DNA of 64,000 nt from positions 59,914 to 123,913 of the forward strand of contig JACPOA010000018.1 in assembly GCA_016185205.1 (NCBI GenBank), read 5' to 3'. This stretch comes from Hyphomicrobiales bacterium. Its GTDB lineage: Bacteria; Pseudomonadota; Alphaproteobacteria; Rhizobiales; Xanthobacteraceae. Under the pieces are notes generated by a model, which saw only the letters and a list, made by a program, of their open reading frames with translations, was not told the origin of the DNA and did not search any database. A program made the position numbers and the translations under genes. Shown here piece by piece: positions 41,202 to 53,191 of the stretch; positions within the stretch are counted from its first letter, which is position 1, and the number at the start of each line of letters is the position of its first letter.

Positions 41202-41858
41202 ATGCCGAAAACAGCGATTCCGGCAAACCCTATTTCTATGCCGTCGCTCGGCCGGCGCGCCTTGCTGGTCGGCGCCGCGACCGCCGCCGCGTCCGCTTTC
41301 GTGCCGGCGGCAGCGTCTGCGCCGCACGACTCCAGGCTCGCCGCGCTGGAGCGCGCCTTCGATGCCGCGCTCGCCGAATACGAGGCGGCCCAGTGGCATT
41401 ATAACGCGTGCGAACAGCGCTTCTTTGCCGCCTGTCCCGATCCGCCGGCGATCCTCACCTGCGATGGCCCGCTGGCGAAGTTGTTGTGCAACGACTGGTC
41501 ATGGGTCAACGCGCGGGACCTTCAATGGCTGCTGCGGCAGCCCAAGCAGCGCCGCCTGCGGAAAGCCGCGCGCGCCGCGCTGCCTGTTGCCAAAGCCTAC
41601 GAAGCGGAAATCCGCCGCGTGAAACGGGCGTGCGGACTTGCCGCCGCCGAAGTCGCCCAGGTTGCGGCTATGGATTGCCTGCACGAGCTGAGCGAGCGCA
41701 TCGCCGGCGTTCCCGCGCGCGCGCTCGCCGATCTGGCGGTCAAGGCGCGGGTCGTGCGCCGCTGGGCGGCGCCGGAATGGTGGAACGATGCCGGCCCGGC
41801 CGAGTTGCTGGCGAGGCAGGTGCTCGATGCCGTCATGGGCCTGGCCGCCGGAAAATAA
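41202..41858 (+). CDS. Hypothetical exported protein with twin-arginine-like signal
   Basis: 'SLGRRALLVGAATAAASAFVPAAASA' signal, then a helical Ala/Arg-rich body. No family recognised. Confidence 0.5.
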   Translation: MPKTAIPANPISMPSLGRRALLVGAATAAASAFVPAAASAPHDSRLAALERAFDAALAEYEAAQWHYNACEQRFFAACPDPPAILTCDGPLAKLLCNDWSWVNARDLQWLLRQPKQRRLRKAARAALPVAKAYEAEIRRVKRACGLAAAEVAQVAAMDCLHELSERIAGVPARALADLAVKARVVRRWAAPEWWNDAGPAELLARQVLDAVMGLAAGK

Positions 41859-42437
41859 TCCAAATATCTCTTGACTTAAATCCCAGCACATGCATTCCTA
41901 TCGGCGTCCGGTCCTTCGAGGGGCGCTGTCATGAGGCGTCTTGATGGTGGAGCCGGATGCGGCGCCCGCGGGCGGGGGACGAAACGTACCCCCCGCACCC
42001 GGGCGGCGCCGGGCTCCGCCCGGGGACATTACGATCCCCCGCGAGGAGCTCGCTGACGGTGGACCGTCGCGGTCCGCCCGAGGCCTGGAAGGCGCGGTTG
42101 ACCCAAAAGGCGCCGCAAGCTCCGGGCCGGAGGCGGGACAAGACGAGAAGCCGAAAGCGCGGACCCGGCGCCGAAGGAGAACGCCGCCATGGAGCGCCGA
42201 GAGGCGCCCGCACGTTACCGGCAACGGTGCGTGCCCTGTTAAGGTTGCGCCGATCGGCGCTCCATCCCCTCGCTTTATGAGGGGGAAGGGCTTGTCCGCC
42301 GAAGCCCGCAGGGCGAAGGCGGAAGAGACGACGGCGCACCCGGCGCCGCAAGGAATCCGGGCGGCGCAGCGTTGGCTGGCGCATCATCCAGAAAAATGGG
42401 AAATGGTTTCCGCAAAAATCACGCGTAAGGAAAATTC
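41859..42437. other. GC-rich ~580-bp stretch with no convincing CDS: hairpin/repeat-dense, possible structured RNA or repeat graveyard
   Basis: All six frames give only Arg/Pro/Gly-rich shadow ORFs. Contains TTGACT (41870-41875), many short hairpins, and a degenerate REP copy at 42379-42425. Confidence 0.4.
42379..42425. repeat. Degenerate copy of the REP-like palindrome (copy 2)
   Basis: GCGCATCATCCAGAAAAATGGGAAATGGTTTCCGCAAAAATCACGCG aligns with the 36407-36455 element, with several substitutions. Confidence 0.55.
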
Positions 42438-43181
42438 ATGCGCTTAACGATTGCCGGCTGCGGTGACGCCTTCGGCTCGGGCGGCCGCTTCAACACCTGC
42501 TTCTGGCTGGAAACCGCCAAGGGCACGTTGCTGGTCGATTGCGGCGCCTCGGCTTTGCCGGCCTTGAAGACGCGCGGCCTCGATCCGAACCGGATCGACG
42601 GCATCGTGCTGTCGCATCTGCACGGCGATCATTTCGGCGGCTTGCCGTTCCTGCTGCTCGACGCGCAGTTTCTCGCGCGCCGCGAAAAGCCGCTGCTGAT
42701 CGCGGGGCCGCCCGGCACGCGCGCGCGGCTCGATGCGCTGCTCGAAGTGTTTTTCCCGAAGTCGGGCGGGACGAAGTGGCGGTTTCCCTGGCAGGTGATG
42801 GAAGTCACGCCGGGGCAGGGCGCCGAGCTGCTCGGCCATTCGCTCATCACCGCCGAGGTGGTGCATGGCTCGGGCGCGCCGTCGACCGCGCTGCGGCTTT
42901 CGGACGGCGAGAAAGTCTTCGCCTATTCCGGCGACACCGAATGGACCGACGCGCTGCTGCCAATCGCGCGCGAGGCCGACCTGTTCGTGTGCGAGTGCTA
43001 CGCCTATGCCGGCAAGCTCACCGGCCATATGACGTGGGAAATCTTGCAAACGAAATTGCCGGCGCTGCGCGCCAAGCGCGTCATGGCCACGCACATGAAC
43101 CCGACCGTGCTGGCGCATCTCGACGAAATCCGCGCCGCCGACGTGCTCATCGCCGCCGACGGCTTGGTGCTGGAATTCTAG
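42438..43181 (+). CDS. MBL-fold metallo-hydrolase
   Basis: 'LVDCGAS', 'VLSHLHGDHFGG' (HxHxDH). Confidence 0.8.
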   Translation: MRLTIAGCGDAFGSGGRFNTCFWLETAKGTLLVDCGASALPALKTRGLDPNRIDGIVLSHLHGDHFGGLPFLLLDAQFLARREKPLLIAGPPGTRARLDALLEVFFPKSGGTKWRFPWQVMEVTPGQGAELLGHSLITAEVVHGSGAPSTALRLSDGEKVFAYSGDTEWTDALLPIAREADLFVCECYAYAGKLTGHMTWEILQTKLPALRAKRVMATHMNPTVLAHLDEIRAADVLIAADGLVLEF

Positions 43182-44047
43182 CGCTCCAAAAGCGCGATCA
43201 GGCTCGACGTGTCCCAGCGCTTGCCGCCCATCGCCTGGATTTCGGAATAGAACTGGTCGACCAGCGCGGTGACCGGCAGATGCGCGCCGCTCTTGCGCGC
43301 CTCGCCCAGGCAAATTCCCAAATCCTTGCGCATCCAATCGACGGCAAAACCGAAATCGAATTTGCCGGCCGCCATGGTCTTGTAGCGGTTCTCCATCTGC
43401 CAGGACTGCGCCGCGCCTTTGGAAATGGTGGCGATCAGCTTCTCGACGTCGAGGCCGGCTTTCTTGGCGAAGTGCAGACCCTCGGCGAGGCCCTGCACCA
43501 GACCGGCGATGCAGATCTGGTTGACCATCTTGGCGAGCTGGCCGGAGCCGGGCGAGCCCATCAGGTTGCAGGCGCGCGCGTAAGCCGCGATCACCTTCTC
43601 GGCGCGTCCGAACGGCTCGGCGTCGCCGCCGCACATCACGGTGAGCACGCCGTTCTCGGCGCCGGCTTGGCCGCCCGACACCGGCGCGTCGATGGCGTCG
43701 AAGCCGCCTTGCTTCGCCGCCGCGTACAGCTCGCGCGCAATTTCTGCGGAAGCCGTGGTGTGATCGACGAACACCTTGCCCTTAGCGATACCGGCGAAGG
43801 CGCCATTCGGTCCAAGGGTTACCTCGCGCAGGTCGTGGTCGTTGCCCACGCAGCACATGACGAAATCCTGACCTTCGGCGGCGGCTTTCGGCGTGGGGGC
43901 GGATTTGCCGCCGAATTGCGCCACCCATTTTTCGGCCTTGGCGGCGGTGCGGTTATAGACGGTGACCTCGTGCCCGCCTTTGTTCTTGAGATGCCCGGCC
44001 ATGGGGTAGCCCATGACGCCCAAGCCCAAAAACGCCACCTTCGCCAT
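43178..44047 (-). CDS. NAD(P)-dependent 3-hydroxyisobutyrate / 2-hydroxy-3-oxopropionate dehydrogenase-family oxidoreductase
   Basis: 'KVAFLGLGVMGYPMAGHL', 'VDAPVSGG', 'GSGQLAKMVNQ'. The ATG at 44047 follows AGGGAGA. Confidence 0.85.
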   Translation of the reverse strand: MAKVAFLGLGVMGYPMAGHLKNKGGHEVTVYNRTAAKAEKWVAQFGGKSAPTPKAAAEGQDFVMCCVGNDHDLREVTLGPNGAFAGIAKGKVFVDHTTASAEIARELYAAAKQGGFDAIDAPVSGGQAGAENGVLTVMCGGDAEPFGRAEKVIAAYARACNLMGSPGSGQLAKMVNQICIAGLVQGLAEGLHFAKKAGLDVEKLIATISKGAAQSWQMENRYKTMAAGKFDFGFAVDWMRKDLGICLGEARKSGAHLPVTALVDQFYSEIQAMGGKRWDTSSLIALLER

Positions 44048-44220
44048 CGTCGTTCTCCCTGAAATACGCCCAGGCCTGGCCGGCCTTGCTCGCCGCCTAT
44101 CTCTCAAGAGGGAGGCGGGCGCGTCAACCTTTCTTGAGCGGGTGCCGCATTGACCGGCCGCCGCCTGCGCCTATGGTGTCGGCGCAAAGGGGCAGGCTGG
44201 CGAGTTCAGGGATAACGATC

Positions 44221-45384
44221 ATGGCTGTGAGCAAGGAACAGGTTCTTAGCGCGTTGGCGAAAGTGCCATCGCCCACGGGCGAGACTTTGCCGGACGCCCG
44301 CGTGTTGTCGGACATCGTCGTCAGCGACGGCAAGGTGTTTTTCTCGATGACCGTCGATGCCGCCGCCGTGAAGGCCTGGGAACCGGTGCGTGAGGCGGCC
44401 GAGAAGGCGGTGCGCGCCATTTCCGGCGTGCAATCCGCTCTGGTGGCGCTGACCGCGGAACGCAGCCCCGGCGCCGCTGCGCGCGGGCCGCAGCCGGCCC
44501 ATGTCGCCACCCAACCGCGCGCGGCGGGGGCGCCCGCGGCGCACGCCCACGCCCATCCTGCCGACAAGGTGCAGCCCGGCATTCCCGGTGTCGATGCGGT
44601 GATCGCGGTTGCCTCCGGCAAAGGCGGCGTCGGCAAATCCACCACCGCGGTCAATCTCGCGCTCGGCCTGCGCGATCTCGGCCTCAAGGTCGGCATGCTC
44701 GACGCCGATATTTACGGGCCCTCGCTGCCCAAGCTGCTCGCCATCAAGGAAAAGCCGCAGACCATCGGCGGCACCAAGCTCAAGCCGATCGAGCGTTACG
44801 GGCTCTCGGTGATGTCGATCGGTTTTCTGATCGACGAAGAGACGCCGATGATCTGGCGCGGGCCGATGGTGATGTCGGCGATCACACAGATGCTGCGCGA
44901 GGTGGAGTGGGGCAAGCTCGACATCATGGTGGTCGATATGCCGCCCGGCACCGGCGACGCCCAGCTCACCATGGCGCAGCAGGTGCCGCTCAAGGGCGCG
45001 GTCATCGTCTCGACGCCGCAGGATCTGGCTTTGATCGACGCGCGGCGCGGCGTGGCGATGTTCAAGCGCGTGAACGTGCCGGTGCTCGGCGTGGTCGAGA
45101 ACATGAGCTACTTCCTGTGCCCGCAATGCGGCACGCGCTCCGACATTTTCAGTCATGGCGGCGCGCGCCACGAGGCCGAACGGCTGGGCGTGCCGTTCCT
45201 CGGCGAAGTGCCGCTGCACATGACGATCCGGGAGAAATCCGATGCCGGCCTGCCGGTGGTCGCCACCGAGCCGGACGGCCCGCATGCCAAGATCTATCGC
45301 GACATCGCCGCCAAGGTGCTCGAGCAGATCAAGGGCGGCGCGGCTTCCGGTCGCGCGACGCCGAAGATTGTGATCGAGGCTTAG
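44221..45384 (+). CDS. apbC: Mrp/NBP35/ApbC-family Fe-S cluster carrier ATPase
   Basis: N-terminal DUF59-like domain, Walker A 'ASGKGGVGKSTT', 'CPQCG'. Confidence 0.85.
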   Translation: MAVSKEQVLSALAKVPSPTGETLPDARVLSDIVVSDGKVFFSMTVDAAAVKAWEPVREAAEKAVRAISGVQSALVALTAERSPGAAARGPQPAHVATQPRAAGAPAAHAHAHPADKVQPGIPGVDAVIAVASGKGGVGKSTTAVNLALGLRDLGLKVGMLDADIYGPSLPKLLAIKEKPQTIGGTKLKPIERYGLSVMSIGFLIDEETPMIWRGPMVMSAITQMLREVEWGKLDIMVVDMPPGTGDAQLTMAQQVPLKGAVIVSTPQDLALIDARRGVAMFKRVNVPVLGVVENMSYFLCPQCGTRSDIFSHGGARHEAERLGVPFLGEVPLHMTIREKSDAGLPVVATEPDGPHAKIYRDIAAKVLEQIKGGAASGRATPKIVIEA

Positions 45385-45613
45385 GGTCCGCCGTCCGCGC
45401 CGGATTTGCGCAACTCAATCAGGCCGTAAAGCTCAATTAAACGCGCATGAGCGTGGCCGCGCGCATCTCGATGCGATATTCGCATTGCTCCCATGCGCGT
45501 CTTGCAGCCATGACCCTAGGTCACATTGACGCGGGACTGTTTTTGCAGTTTCCCCAAGGGTGATCCCGTCAATCCTGACGGAAACTTTTAAGAAAAATTG
45601 GAGCTGGATCGAA

Positions 45614-46705
<1,092 letters not shown>

Positions 46706-46739
46706 CCGCGGTTTCCGCGCGCCTTTCGCGACGAATTTC

Positions 46740-46774
46740 GCCCCCGCCCGAACCGGGCGGGGGCCTTTTCTTTT
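46740..46774 (+). terminator. Rho-independent terminator after SBP paralogue 1
   Basis: 10-bp GC stem GCCCCCGCCC / GGGCGGGGGC followed by CTTTTCTTTT. Confidence 0.75.
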
Positions 46775-46888
46775 GTCGCGAACCGGCTGGATTTCCGCCG
46801 CGCAAAGAGCCATCCTGAACGGAGAATGCCGTCGAGAAACGCTAAACCGCATTGAAAAAACAGCCACCATCGGAGGGAGATTATCGCA

Positions 46889-47977
<1,089 letters not shown>

Positions 47978-48001
47978 TCGAATTACTGAATACATGCGAT
48001 C

Positions 48002-48036
48002 GGGGCCGGCCCGCAAAGCCGGCCCCGGCGTTTTTT
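48002..48036 (+). terminator. Rho-independent terminator after SBP paralogue 2
   Basis: GGGGCCGGC / GCCGGCCCC stem followed by GGCGTTTTTT. Confidence 0.75.
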
Positions 48037-48197
48037 GGGCGCCTTTCTACGGCTGCCCCACTTACAACTTTTGTCAAACCGTTGCAGACTGGGGCCAAGT
48101 AGCGGGCTCCGTCATGGTTCCAGCCATGACCCAGAGGGCGAATGACGCTGCACGTGGGGTAGGGGGCGCTATGAAAAATCAATGGGAGGACAGTAGG

Positions 48198-49283
48198 ATG
48201 AAACGTCGTCAATTCATAAAGGCCGCCGGTCTCGGCGTTGCCGCCAGCGCGGTCGCCGCGCCGGCGATCGCGCAGTCGATGCCGGAACTCAAGTGGCGGA
48301 TGACCTGTAGCTGGCCGAAATCGCTCGAAACGCTCTACGGCGGCGCGGAAACGATGGCCAGGGCCGTCGCCGAGGCGACCGATAACAAGTTCCAGATCCA
48401 GGTTTTCGCCGCCGGCGAAATCGTGCCGGCCCTTCAAGTCGTCGACGCCGTGCAGAACGGAACCGTCGAATGCGGCCACACCGCTTCGTACTATTACTTC
48501 GGCAAGGATCCGACCTTCGCCTTCGGCACTTCGGTCGGGTTTGGCCCCAATGCGCGGCTGAACCAGGGTTGGTGGACGCAGGGTGGCGGTTCCGAGGCGC
48601 TCAACGAATTCTACAAGAAGTATAACTCGGTAGCTCTGCTCGCGGGGAATACCGGTTGCCAGATGGGCGGTTGGTTCCGCAAGGAGATCAATACTCTCGA
48701 CGACCTCAAGGGTCTCAAGTTTAGGATCGGCGGGTTCACCGGCCGTGTTTTGCAGAGACTCGGAGTCGTCCCGCAACAGATCGGTGCGCCGGATATTTAT
48801 CCGGCGTTGGAGAAAGGCACCATCGACGCCGCCGAATGGGTCGGTCCCTACGATGATGAAAAGCTCGGTTTCTACAAGGTCGCTCCAAACTATTATTACC
48901 CGGGCTGGTGGGAAGGCGGCTCGATGCTGCTCGCCTTCATCAATCTCGACAAATGGAACGCCTTGCCAAAGTCGTACAAGGCGATCCTTGAACAGGCTGG
49001 CCACTACGCCAATACCTGGATGATCGCGAAGTACGACCTGCTCAATCCGCCGGCGCTGCGCCGTCTGCTCGCCAACGGCGTCAAACTGCATGGCTTCTCG
49101 CCGGCGATCATGGATGCTTGCTTCAAGGAGGCGATGGCACTGCACGGCGAAATCGCCAAGGACAATGCCAGCTTCAAGAAGGTGAATGACTCGATGATGA
49201 ATTTCACCCGGAACGGCTACCAATGGCACCAAGTGGCCGAACTCGGCTACGACAGTTACATGGTGCGTCAGACCCGCGCCTGA
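48198..49283 (+). CDS. TRAP transporter solute-binding protein, paralogue 3
   Basis: ATG at 48198 after GGGAGGA. Same motifs as the other paralogues. Confidence 0.85.
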   Translation: MKRRQFIKAAGLGVAASAVAAPAIAQSMPELKWRMTCSWPKSLETLYGGAETMARAVAEATDNKFQIQVFAAGEIVPALQVVDAVQNGTVECGHTASYYYFGKDPTFAFGTSVGFGPNARLNQGWWTQGGGSEALNEFYKKYNSVALLAGNTGCQMGGWFRKEINTLDDLKGLKFRIGGFTGRVLQRLGVVPQQIGAPDIYPALEKGTIDAAEWVGPYDDEKLGFYKVAPNYYYPGWWEGGSMLLAFINLDKWNALPKSYKAILEQAGHYANTWMIAKYDLLNPPALRRLLANGVKLHGFSPAIMDACFKEAMALHGEIAKDNASFKKVNDSMMNFTRNGYQWHQVAELGYDSYMVRQTRA

Positions 49284-49303
49284 CCGCTGGCGTCAAACAG
49301 AAA

Positions 49304-49337
49304 CCCCGGAGCCTTCGGTTCCGGGGCCGTTTGTTTT
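49304..49337. terminator. Hairpin between convergent SBP3 and dctM (possible bidirectional terminator)
   Basis: CCCCGGA (49304-49310) / TCCGGGG (49320-49326) followed by a T-rich run. Confidence 0.5.
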
Positions 49338-49357
49338 ATTCGGATGCCGCCGCGGTT

Positions 49358-50779
49358 CTACTTGGGATTCGGCGGTTCGTCGAAGTTGAGCGGTGGCAGC
49401 TCAATCTGCGGAATTTCGATCTTGATCGTACTCGGATCGACGCCGGTCCCCTTGCCGAGCCAGTAGGTGACGGACCCTGGCCAGAAAATGAGAATGACGA
49501 CGAGGATGACTTGCAATCCCACCCAGGGCACAGCTCCCCAGTATATATCCGAAGTCTTGATGGATCGCGGGGCGATGCCGCGCAGATAAAACAGCGCAAA
49601 GCCGAAAGGCGGATGCATGAAGCTCGTCTGGATGTTGGCGCAGATCAGCACACCGAACCAGATAAGGTCGATTCCGAGCTTCTCGGCGGCCGGTGCGAGC
49701 AACGGAATGAGGATGAAGGCGATCTCGAAAAAATCAAGAAAGAATGCGACCACGAAGATGAAGATGTTGACGAAGATCAGGAAACCGAGCTGTCCGCCGG
49801 GCAGCGAAGTGAGCAGGTGCTCGATCCACTCCTTGCCGCCGACGCCCTGGAATACCAGGCTGAACACGCGTGCTCCGATCAGGATGAATACGACCATGGC
49901 CGTGAGGCGCATGGTGGTAGACATTCCCTGGTAGAGGAGCTTCCAGGTGAGGGTGCCATAGAATGCGGCGAGCGCGATTGCTCCAACCACGCCCATCGCT
50001 CCCGCCTCAGACGGGGTGGCTAGTCCCATGAAAATCGTCCCGAGGACGAGAAAAATGAGCCCAAGCGAAGGGATCATGCCGCGCAGGCACTTTTTCCAGA
50101 GCGCCCAGCCGTGCAGGGTGCGGGCCTCTAGCGGGAGTGCCGGCACGTCGTTCGGCCAGATAATGCTGACGATGCCGACCCACATACAGAACAGCGCGAG
50201 TTGGATGAGGCTCGGGCCAATGGATCCGGCATACATGTCGCCGACCGAACGCCCAAGTTGGTCGGCGAGCACGACGAGGACCAGCGAAGGCGGAATGAGC
50301 TGAGTGATGGTTCCCGATGCCGCGATGACGCCCATGGTATGACGCGTCGAATAGCCGTACTTCAGCATCGGCGTCATCGAGATCACGCCCATGGCGATGA
50401 CCGAGGCAGCGACGGTACCGGTGATCGCGCCGAGAATGGCGCCGACGAAAATCACCGCATAGGACATGCCGCCGCGCACCGAACCGAATAGCTGGCCGAT
50501 CGAATCGAGCAAATCTTCGGCCAGCCCGCAGCGCTCAAGAATAGCGCCCATGAAAGTGAAGAACGGAATTGCCAGCAGCAGGTCGTTCGAGATAATGCCG
50601 AACAGCTGATAGGTGAGATTTCCGAGGAATTCCGGACGAATGAGACCGAATTCGATGCCGATGAAACCGAAAAACAATCCGGTCGCGGCGAGCGAGAACG
50701 CCGCCGGATAGCCGACGAGCATAAAGAGAATCATTCCCCCAAACATCAGGGGCGCCATGTTGTCCCGGATGATATTCAT
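49358..50779 (-). CDS. TRAP transporter large permease (DctM-type)
   Basis: 473-aa polytopic membrane protein with a typical COG4664-type sequence. It overlaps the dctQ stop by 4 nt. Confidence 0.85.
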   Translation of the reverse strand: MNIIRDNMAPLMFGGMILFMLVGYPAAFSLAATGLFFGFIGIEFGLIRPEFLGNLTYQLFGIISNDLLLAIPFFTFMGAILERCGLAEDLLDSIGQLFGSVRGGMSYAVIFVGAILGAITGTVAASVIAMGVISMTPMLKYGYSTRHTMGVIAASGTITQLIPPSLVLVVLADQLGRSVGDMYAGSIGPSLIQLALFCMWVGIVSIIWPNDVPALPLEARTLHGWALWKKCLRGMIPSLGLIFLVLGTIFMGLATPSEAGAMGVVGAIALAAFYGTLTWKLLYQGMSTTMRLTAMVVFILIGARVFSLVFQGVGGKEWIEHLLTSLPGGQLGFLIFVNIFIFVVAFFLDFFEIAFILIPLLAPAAEKLGIDLIWFGVLICANIQTSFMHPPFGFALFYLRGIAPRSIKTSDIYWGAVPWVGLQVILVVILIFWPGSVTYWLGKGTGVDPSTIKIEIPQIELPPLNFDEPPNPK

Positions 50780-51315
50780 TGCAGGGGCTTTTCGTATTTG
50801 AATTCGATATCGATCACGTGCTCAAGCGCGGCAATGCGTTTGATGATTTCGGAAATACCCTGCAGCGCCATCAAGGCAAACCCCAGCGGAAGCAGGAGCT
50901 TCACCGGCCAACGGACCAGACCGCCGGCGTTCGACGATTGCTCATTCCCAAGCCACGACTCGACGAACCATGGCCAGGTGAAATAGGTGAGGATTACGCA
51001 GATCGGCAGCAGGAACAGAATCCCGCCGACGATGTCGATCCATATCTGCGTGCGCTCGGAAGCCATTCCGTATAAAAGATCGACGCGGACATGCTCATTC
51101 ATCTTGAGGGCGTAGGGCGCGCCGAGAAGCACCATGCCGGCGAACATGTACCACTGTATCTCGAGCCAGCCGTTCGAACTTTCGCTGAACAGATAGCGGC
51201 TGCTGGCGTTGCCGGCGCTGATCAGTGCCGCGAACAACACCAGCCAATTTGCCACCACAGCGAATTGCGAATTGAACCAGTCGACGACGCGACTGAACGC
51301 CAACAGACCTCGCAC
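50776..51315 (-). CDS. TRAP transporter small permease (DctQ-type)
   Basis: Four TM helices. The GTG at 51315 behind GGGAGGGG is preferred; the ORF stays open up to the ATG at 51405. Confidence 0.75.
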   Translation of the reverse strand: MRGLLAFSRVVDWFNSQFAVVANWLVLFAALISAGNASSRYLFSESSNGWLEIQWYMFAGMVLLGAPYALKMNEHVRVDLLYGMASERTQIWIDIVGGILFLLPICVILTYFTWPWFVESWLGNEQSSNAGGLVRWPVKLLLPLGFALMALQGISEIIKRIAALEHVIDIEFKYEKPLQ

Positions 51316-51650
51316 GTCCCCTCCCAATTGGCCGGTTGAACCGGCAATTTTGCTTTTTTGTCGTCCCCTAGGACCACTTAATCCAATCCCGCCATAAGGC
51401 GTCAATGGATAAATTGTCAGCCATTAGTCGGTAGAAAGGCTCCTTAGTGCTGGTGAAAGCCCGCCAAAATTCGGTTCGACGCGTCGCCGCGTCCGGCCGC
51501 GAAGGGCTGAAACCCATGGTTAACGAACCCTAAACCCTCGGTTAACCACGGTGAGGCTACAAAAGCCGCTGGCCTGCACCCTGGAGGGCGCTGGCCGCGC
51601 CTCGTCCGGCCATTACGCCGGCATGGCTGCGCGGCACGCGAGGACACAAC

Positions 51651-53183
51651 ATGCGGCAGTTTACGATCGCCGAGCGGCTGATAGCGGCCGTCCTGCTGTC
51701 GCTCTCCGCTATGGCGGCGGTGCCGTATCTGGCTGCAATGCTTGTGCCTGTTGTTGGCGAGGCCAATGCCGGCTATGTCCGCATCGTCCTGGGGCTCGCC
51801 GTCATCGGCTCGGCCATCGCCGCGGTGCTGGCGATGGCGCGCGGAATCGCGGGCCCGTTGGCCGAGGTCGCCGATACCATCGACGCCATCGCCCATGTGG
51901 AACTCGCATCCGCACCGCCACTGCCGCCCGGCCGGGATGAATTGGCGCATTTGATTTCTGCCACCGATCGGCTCGCCGAGGTGCTTGGCGAACGCCAGCG
52001 CCGCGAGCTCGTCCATGACGATCTCGAGCGCGCCCGGCAGGCCTCGCGTCGCGTCAACCTATCGAACCTGGCGCGCCAGGTGGAGGTCGCCACCGAGGGC
52101 GGCATCCAGCCGATCGTCGCTGGCGCCTCGATCCTGCAATTCAAGGCCGAAGACATGCTTGCCGAGCTGGAAACCGTGCGGACGGCTTTCGAGGAAACCG
52201 CGCGCGCCGCCGAAGGATCGCGCGCCATGAACCAGGCTGCCGGTCAATTATCCGACCAGGTGATGCGGGCGATTGTCGAGATCGCAGAGCAGGTGCGGCG
52301 CGGCAGCGGTCTCGGCCGCGAGGCGGTGACGCGCGCCAATGCCTCGCGCATCACGATCGACGCGCTCAGCAAGGCGGCCAACCAGATCGGCGAGATTGTC
52401 ACGGTGATCGACCGGATCGCGGCGCAGACCAATCTGCTGGCGCTCAACGCGACCATCGAGGCGGCGCGCGCGGGCGAGGCCGGGCGCGGCTTTTCGGTGG
52501 TCGCCTCCGAGGTCAAGACGCTGGCGACGCAAACCGGGCAATCGACCGAACGGATCGGCGCCAAGATCGCCGAAATTCAATCCACCACGCGCGAAGTCGT
52601 GGCGTCGCTGTCCGGCGTCGCCGAGGCTATCGATCAGTTCTCCGACGTTACCGAGACCGTATCGGTGGCGATCGAACAGCAGCGCGCCGCCACCGAGAGT
52701 TTCGCCGTCAGCGCGCGCGAAACCAGCGCCGCCGTGTCGGATGTCGCCGGGCGCATGATCGATATCGCCGACATGGTGGCACGCTCGCGCACGACCGCGC
52801 AGGACGTCTCCGCCGTTGCCGCCGACATGCAAGCGACATCACATTCGCTGTGCCGCGAAATCCCCGACATTGTGCGCAAGGCGGTCAAGGCCGATTTGCG
52901 CGAATTCCCGCGCTACGAAGTCAATTTCTCCGCACGCATGGAGGTCAACGGCACCATTGCCGACGTTTCCGTCCATGACGTCAGCGAAGGCGGCGTGCGC
53001 ATCACGGCCGCCGGCCATCTCGCGGTCGGCGACGAGGTCGCCTTGACGTTCCCCGGTATGAAAAAAATCGTCGGCCAGATCGTGCGCAACGGCGGGGACG
53101 GTTGCGGCGTGTGTTTCACGCCGGCTCGGCTGCGGCCGGAGGAATTGCGCGATCTGGTGACGGCGCCAGGGCAGGCGGCATGA
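51651..53183 (+). CDS. Methyl-accepting chemotaxis protein with C-terminal PilZ domain
   Basis: Two N-terminal TM helices. MCP signalling hairpin '[37 protein letters not shown]'. C-terminus 'REFPRYEV...DVSEGGVRI' has the PilZ RxxxR...D/NxSxxG pattern. Confidence 0.8.
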   Translation: MRQFTIAERLIAAVLLSLSAMAAVPYLAAMLVPVVGEANAGYVRIVLGLAVIGSAIAAVLAMARGIAGPLAEVADTIDAIAHVELASAPPLPPGRDELAHLISATDRLAEVLGERQRRELVHDDLERARQASRRVNLSNLARQVEVATEGGIQPIVAGASILQFKAEDMLAELETVRTAFEETARAAEGSRAMNQAAGQLSDQVMRAIVEIAEQVRRGSGLGREAVTRANASRITIDALSKAANQIGEIVTVIDRIAAQTNLLALNATIEAARAGEAGRGFSVVASEVKTLATQTGQSTERIGAKIAEIQSTTREVVASLSGVAEAIDQFSDVTETVSVAIEQQRAATESFAVSARETSAAVSDVAGRMIDIADMVARSRTTAQDVSAVAADMQATSHSLCREIPDIVRKAVKADLREFPRYEVNFSARMEVNGTIADVSVHDVSEGGVRITAAGHLAVGDEVALTFPGMKKIVGQIVRNGGDGCGVCFTPARLRPEELRDLVTAPGQAA

Positions 53184-53191
53184 TCATGAGT

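Noticed and set aside
41859-42437. Possibility that the GC-rich gap is RNase P RNA, tmRNA (two-piece), SRP/6S RNA or a cobalamin riboswitch.
   Set aside because: I could not find the diagnostic strings on either strand: GGAAAGTCCGGGCTCC and ACAGAACCCGGCTTA for RNase P, a T-arm GGTTCGA...CCA plus tag ORF for tmRNA, or a B12 box. The region is kept only as an unexplained finding.
43178-43181. Shared palindromic CTAG in which the stop codons of two convergent genes overlap.
   Set aside because: This is a curious but trivial consequence of TAG stops on both strands. No hairpin or other signal is attached.
51526-51538. Telomere-like AACCCT AAACCCT direct repeat.
   Set aside because: There are only two units, embedded in the GGTTAAC-motif region. 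This is too short to be meaningful on its own.
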